NCBI GenBank assembly: GCA_002269645.1
Contig: NIVC01002986.1
Coordinates: 1-64,000, forward strand
Source of the DNA: Macrostomum lignano
Taxonomy: Eukaryota
DNA: 64,000 nucleotides
Direction of reading: 5' to 3'
Shown: piece after piece, positions 61,301 through 64,000 of the stretch
Position numbering within the stretch: the stretch's first letter is position 1
Layout: each line of letters begins with the position of its first letter
Notes under the pieces: generated by a model
Told to the model about the DNA's origin: nothing
The model's database searches: none
The model's input: only the letters and a program-made list of their open reading frames with translations
Program-made: the position numbers and the translations under genes

Positions 61301-63758
61301 ATTCATTCAGAAAGCTACTACAGAAGTATCCAAACAGGAACGACGTAATACTAGCAGCAGACGCTGCGGGCACGACTTTTGAACTGCGTCGACGTCTGTT
61401 CAGGAGGACTAAGACCTACCCAAGTTGTACCAAACGTCCATCTCTCCGGACAGCGTACGAACTTCGATCAGCGTCTGACCAAGAAAATCGTCAGATTCTC
61501 GCGTCAAACGCTGACGAATTCTAGATTTGAAGTCATTGTCTTCGTCCCTGAGTTGGCGTACGAGTATATTATTGATAGTTGCAACAGTGTCACTGGGAGG
61601 AGTGTGCGAAGCGCACGCATGTAGCTGATAGAGACAGTCTATAAAACATTTTTGAAAAGACAGCGGTAGAATTCTAACGATTGTGCAGTTTCAATGAACT
61701 CACCAAACTCGAACTTTAATACGGTCTGAAAAGTTGTGACACTCGCTGAAACGGAAGAAAAGTTATCCAAGTTATTGTCAGAATCTAGCTCAGAATCAGT
61801 GGCCAGCTCAACTTACAAGAAAAACTTCTCGTTCCAAGCCGGATTGAGTTCTTGCGGCACTGTCTTGGTTCGCTTCTTGATTCTTCCAACCTGCACTGTG
61901 ACATACGGATCGGAGGTACCAGTCTTGTCCTTACCGATGAGCCCTTGAGCGCAGATGACTGTGATGGCCAGTTTTGCGCTCCAATTGCTGCTGCCCTCCA
62001 GAATTGACTGCTGAACTATTTTCACCTGAAAGGAATAATTAAAATAAATAATTAATTAAAAGATGCTTGACACCATGGCGAAATGTATTCGACGACATCG
62101 GCTCACAACCAGCAATTCTGTGCAGCTCTCTGACTTCTGAGTACATACAAGCACGCCAATACTGTACGCAGGCACGCTCTCTGTGCCCTGGGGGTTGGCC
62201 CTCATAGAGGTGAACGCGCGACAACCCCACCGGCCAATTTTCTTTCACAAGTGGCCGAGCGTCAAGCGAATTTAGGCGCGCATGGAATCGAACTAGAGGA
62301 CGTGGCTTGAATGTGAGACGGCTGCTCCGACCACATTAAAATAGTCTGAATAAATTCACTAAGCTAAAATCATGTTGATTTCAAACCTGCATGAAAATTT
62401 CTTCTATAACCTTTCACGTTAGATAGATGCAAACTGAAGAAGGACGCGGTTTCATAGTAAAAGAAACTGAAAGTCGAATGCTAAGAGCCTTTTGAGCTGA
62501 AATTTTAACCCTTTGGCAAACAAAGCAAACAATACGAGCGTATATGCGTTAATTTTTTCAAGCATTCCTTAAACCGAATTTTCTCTCACCTGTTCCTTAT
62601 GAGCCTGCTCGTCAACGCCAAACACTTGTCGGACTAACACGAACACCTCCGAATGCTGTTGCTCTCTAAGAAGCATTCGTTCTCGCATCGCCTGTTTCAT
62701 TGTGGCCAGCCGGTCCTCGGCTCCTTGTCGCGATGATTTCGCCGCGGCGCGTTGCAAACAGTCGGCGTTGATGAGATCTTTGCACTTCTCGTGAGTCTTG
62801 ATGCCGCACTCTGTGCAGCGCATGCCCTGTCTGGCCAGGCCCCACAGCAGGCCTTCGCATTCGTGACAATAAGTTGGACTAGTTGCCGACCAGACTTGAA
62901 AGCTATGCGGTATAGTGCAGCTAATTGGGTAGCATACGGCTTGGAGTGTCTTCTTGTATACGTGCGATTTCTGAGTACGGAGGTTTAAGCGGTAACTTTT
63001 AATAGCTTATTAAGATGAAACTTAGGAGTTGGTCCCTTCCTCGAGAGGATTAAATGGTGATTAACTCTGATTTTAGGCCCTGTGTCGCTAGAAAGGCGTT
63101 GGATAAATGTAGGCCCTACTAGTATTCTTGAGTATTCTCTATAGACCTGATAAAACATAATTTCAAGCCTAAGGCAACCAGGTATTATTAAAAACATTTA
63201 TGAGGCATATTTAGAAACCAAAATTTTCAATACAGTTTTCGAGGCTGATCCTAGATTTTTTCGATCAGAATTTTAATCTTCAAAACAATCAAACTGAAGA
63301 ACATACGAATTATTCCCGATCAAAGAAAACCAGTCATGCCATTTTAGTCTATTCGTTTCTTCGACTAGTCGTTGAAATCAATGCCGATCATCTCCCACTT
63401 GGTGTCTTGCTCGGCTCTGATTTCCATCTAGCCTCTGGATATGGATATAATATTAAGGCTTCAGCTAGATTCGTCTTCATTCCAATACATATCCCCAATG
63501 CTGTAAAGACATATTTCGTAGCCCTGGGCTAAGATCAGACACTTGATAGATAGATACATGTATGATATATGAATCGGCTAGCAGATTATGAGCTGAGAAA
63601 TTGGCAATTGGGCCCGATAGATTAACAGCATTAACGATTTTTATTCGGCTGTAACTTATAACAGCAGCTCAGCTCACCAGTTCTTCGTCGTTCAAACTCT
63701 GCCTAGCAACCAGCGACGCGGATGCGCCCGCTTGATTGCGCTTCTGCGCGACCATCGT
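52365..63758 (-). CDS. unc-13: Unc-13/Munc13 (C1, C2B, MUN, C2C), 5'-partial, ~1191 aa in window
   Basis: Exons in minus-strand order, all GT-AG and phase-consistent: 63678-63758, 62590-62970 (C1 domain), 61817-62025, 61704-61745, [61420-61547 or 60878-61005], 60280-60395, 60002-60177, 56723-57032, 56060-56428, 54927-55547, 54478-54717, 54171-54302, 53856-54087, 53452-53707, 52365-52647 (TGA). The total is 3576 nt with one alternative exon. The translation tracks Munc13 from SLNDEEL/[11 protein letters not shown] to EFVRLKSE. Confidence 0.97.
52703..53415. repeat. 42-bp minisatellite filling the last unc-13 intron
   Basis: Unit gacacacctgagacagtcaggactgtcacaagtcagaagaat, about 17 copies. A variant block repeats at a 210-bp offset. 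Confidence 0.98.
56495..56663 (-). mobile_element. tRNA-derived SINE in an unc-13 intron
   Basis: The minus strand reads ...gactctcaccctatgaccccgggttcgattcc (tRNA-like arm plus B-box). It shares gacatcggctca(a/c)aacca and gcgca(c/t)ggaatcgaac with 62085-62335. Confidence 0.55.
57128..58277. repeat. 19-20 bp satellite (cccctgtctcttggtaggcg), inverted relative of the 43225-50552 family, in an unc-13 intron
   Basis: The reverse-complement unit cgcc(c/t)accaagagacagggg matches the ggcgcc variant of the large array. Confidence 0.97.
59683..59975 (+). mobile_element. tRNA-head SINE with conserved central-domain-like body and AT-rich tail
   Basis: A-box TAGCCTAGTGG and B-box GGTTCGATT, then gtgtccttgacctaggcacttaactc...cacccagctgtaaaatgggtgcc (a motif typical of V/CORE/Deu-type SINE bodies), and an attatgattattaatatta tail. 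Confidence 0.7.
60878..61005 (-). CDS. unc-13: unc-13 C2B alternative exon B (128 bp, phases 2/1)
   Basis: CAG|G GAC GAA...TAC AAC CTT G|GTAGGT; encodes (W)[42 protein letters not shown](E). Confidence 0.9.
61420..61547 (-). CDS. unc-13: unc-13 C2B alternative exon A (128 bp, phases 2/1)
   Basis: CAG|G GAC GAA...TAC AAC TTG G|GTAGGT; encodes (W)[42 protein letters not shown](E). Confidence 0.93.
62085..62335 (-). mobile_element. Second copy of the 56495 SINE family
   Basis: Shares the blocks listed for 56495-56663. A reverse B-box (ggaatcgaac) lies at ~62285-62294. Confidence 0.45.
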
Positions 63759-64000
63759 CTGCAATTATTGGTGTTTGTTTAAAACGATAATAAACAAAAT
63801 GGGCAAGTAGTTGAGAATGACGTCTATTTGCAATAAGATGCTATCAATTAGTCATTGTAGCTATGAACTAATTACAACTAGGCTACGGTGGCCAGATGTC
63901 ACTTGCCACGCGATTCTAGATTGTGTACGTTACGAGTTTTAAAGGAAATGTTAATTTTTTTCACTAGTAATAATTAAGAGTTTTTAGTACTGTGCGTCGG

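Noticed and set aside
61548-61592. In-frame upstream acceptor (cccAG at 61594-61593) adding [15 protein letters not shown] before exon A
   Set aside because: The peptide has no similarity to C2B and would disrupt the fold. It is probably a chance open frame, though it cannot be excluded without RNA-seq.

Overview
Eukaryotic (metazoan) genomic DNA that is very rich in repeats. It resembles a free-living flatworm such as Macrostomum, but that is an inference from the repeat landscape, TTAGGG repeats and RTE-type LINE fragments, not a database match. Five protein-coding genes are supported: two intronless rhodopsin-class GPCRs (11330-12532 +, 40605-41723 +), an intronless RBX1 (29490-29813 +), a two-exon ZIP1-3-like zinc transporter (31104-32030 and 33713-34174 +), and the 3' ~1190 codons of unc-13/Munc13 on the minus strand (15 exon positions, 52365-63758; 5' end outside the window). 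The best finding is a tandem pair of 128-bp, same-phase, paralogous exons (61420-61547 and 60878-61005) that both encode Ca2+-binding loop 3 of the Unc-13 C2B domain, a clear mutually exclusive splicing architecture. The rest of the window contains a recent 2-kb non-autonomous LTR element with PBS, PPT and TSD, a four-level nest of non-autonomous DNA transposons (23635-26068), RTE-like, Crypton-like and P-like remnants, tRNA-derived SINEs, an interstitial telomeric tract, and more than 15 distinct micro- and minisatellites. These include a 7.3-kb array with an inverted sister array inside an unc-13 intron. All coordinates and alignments were worked out by eye.
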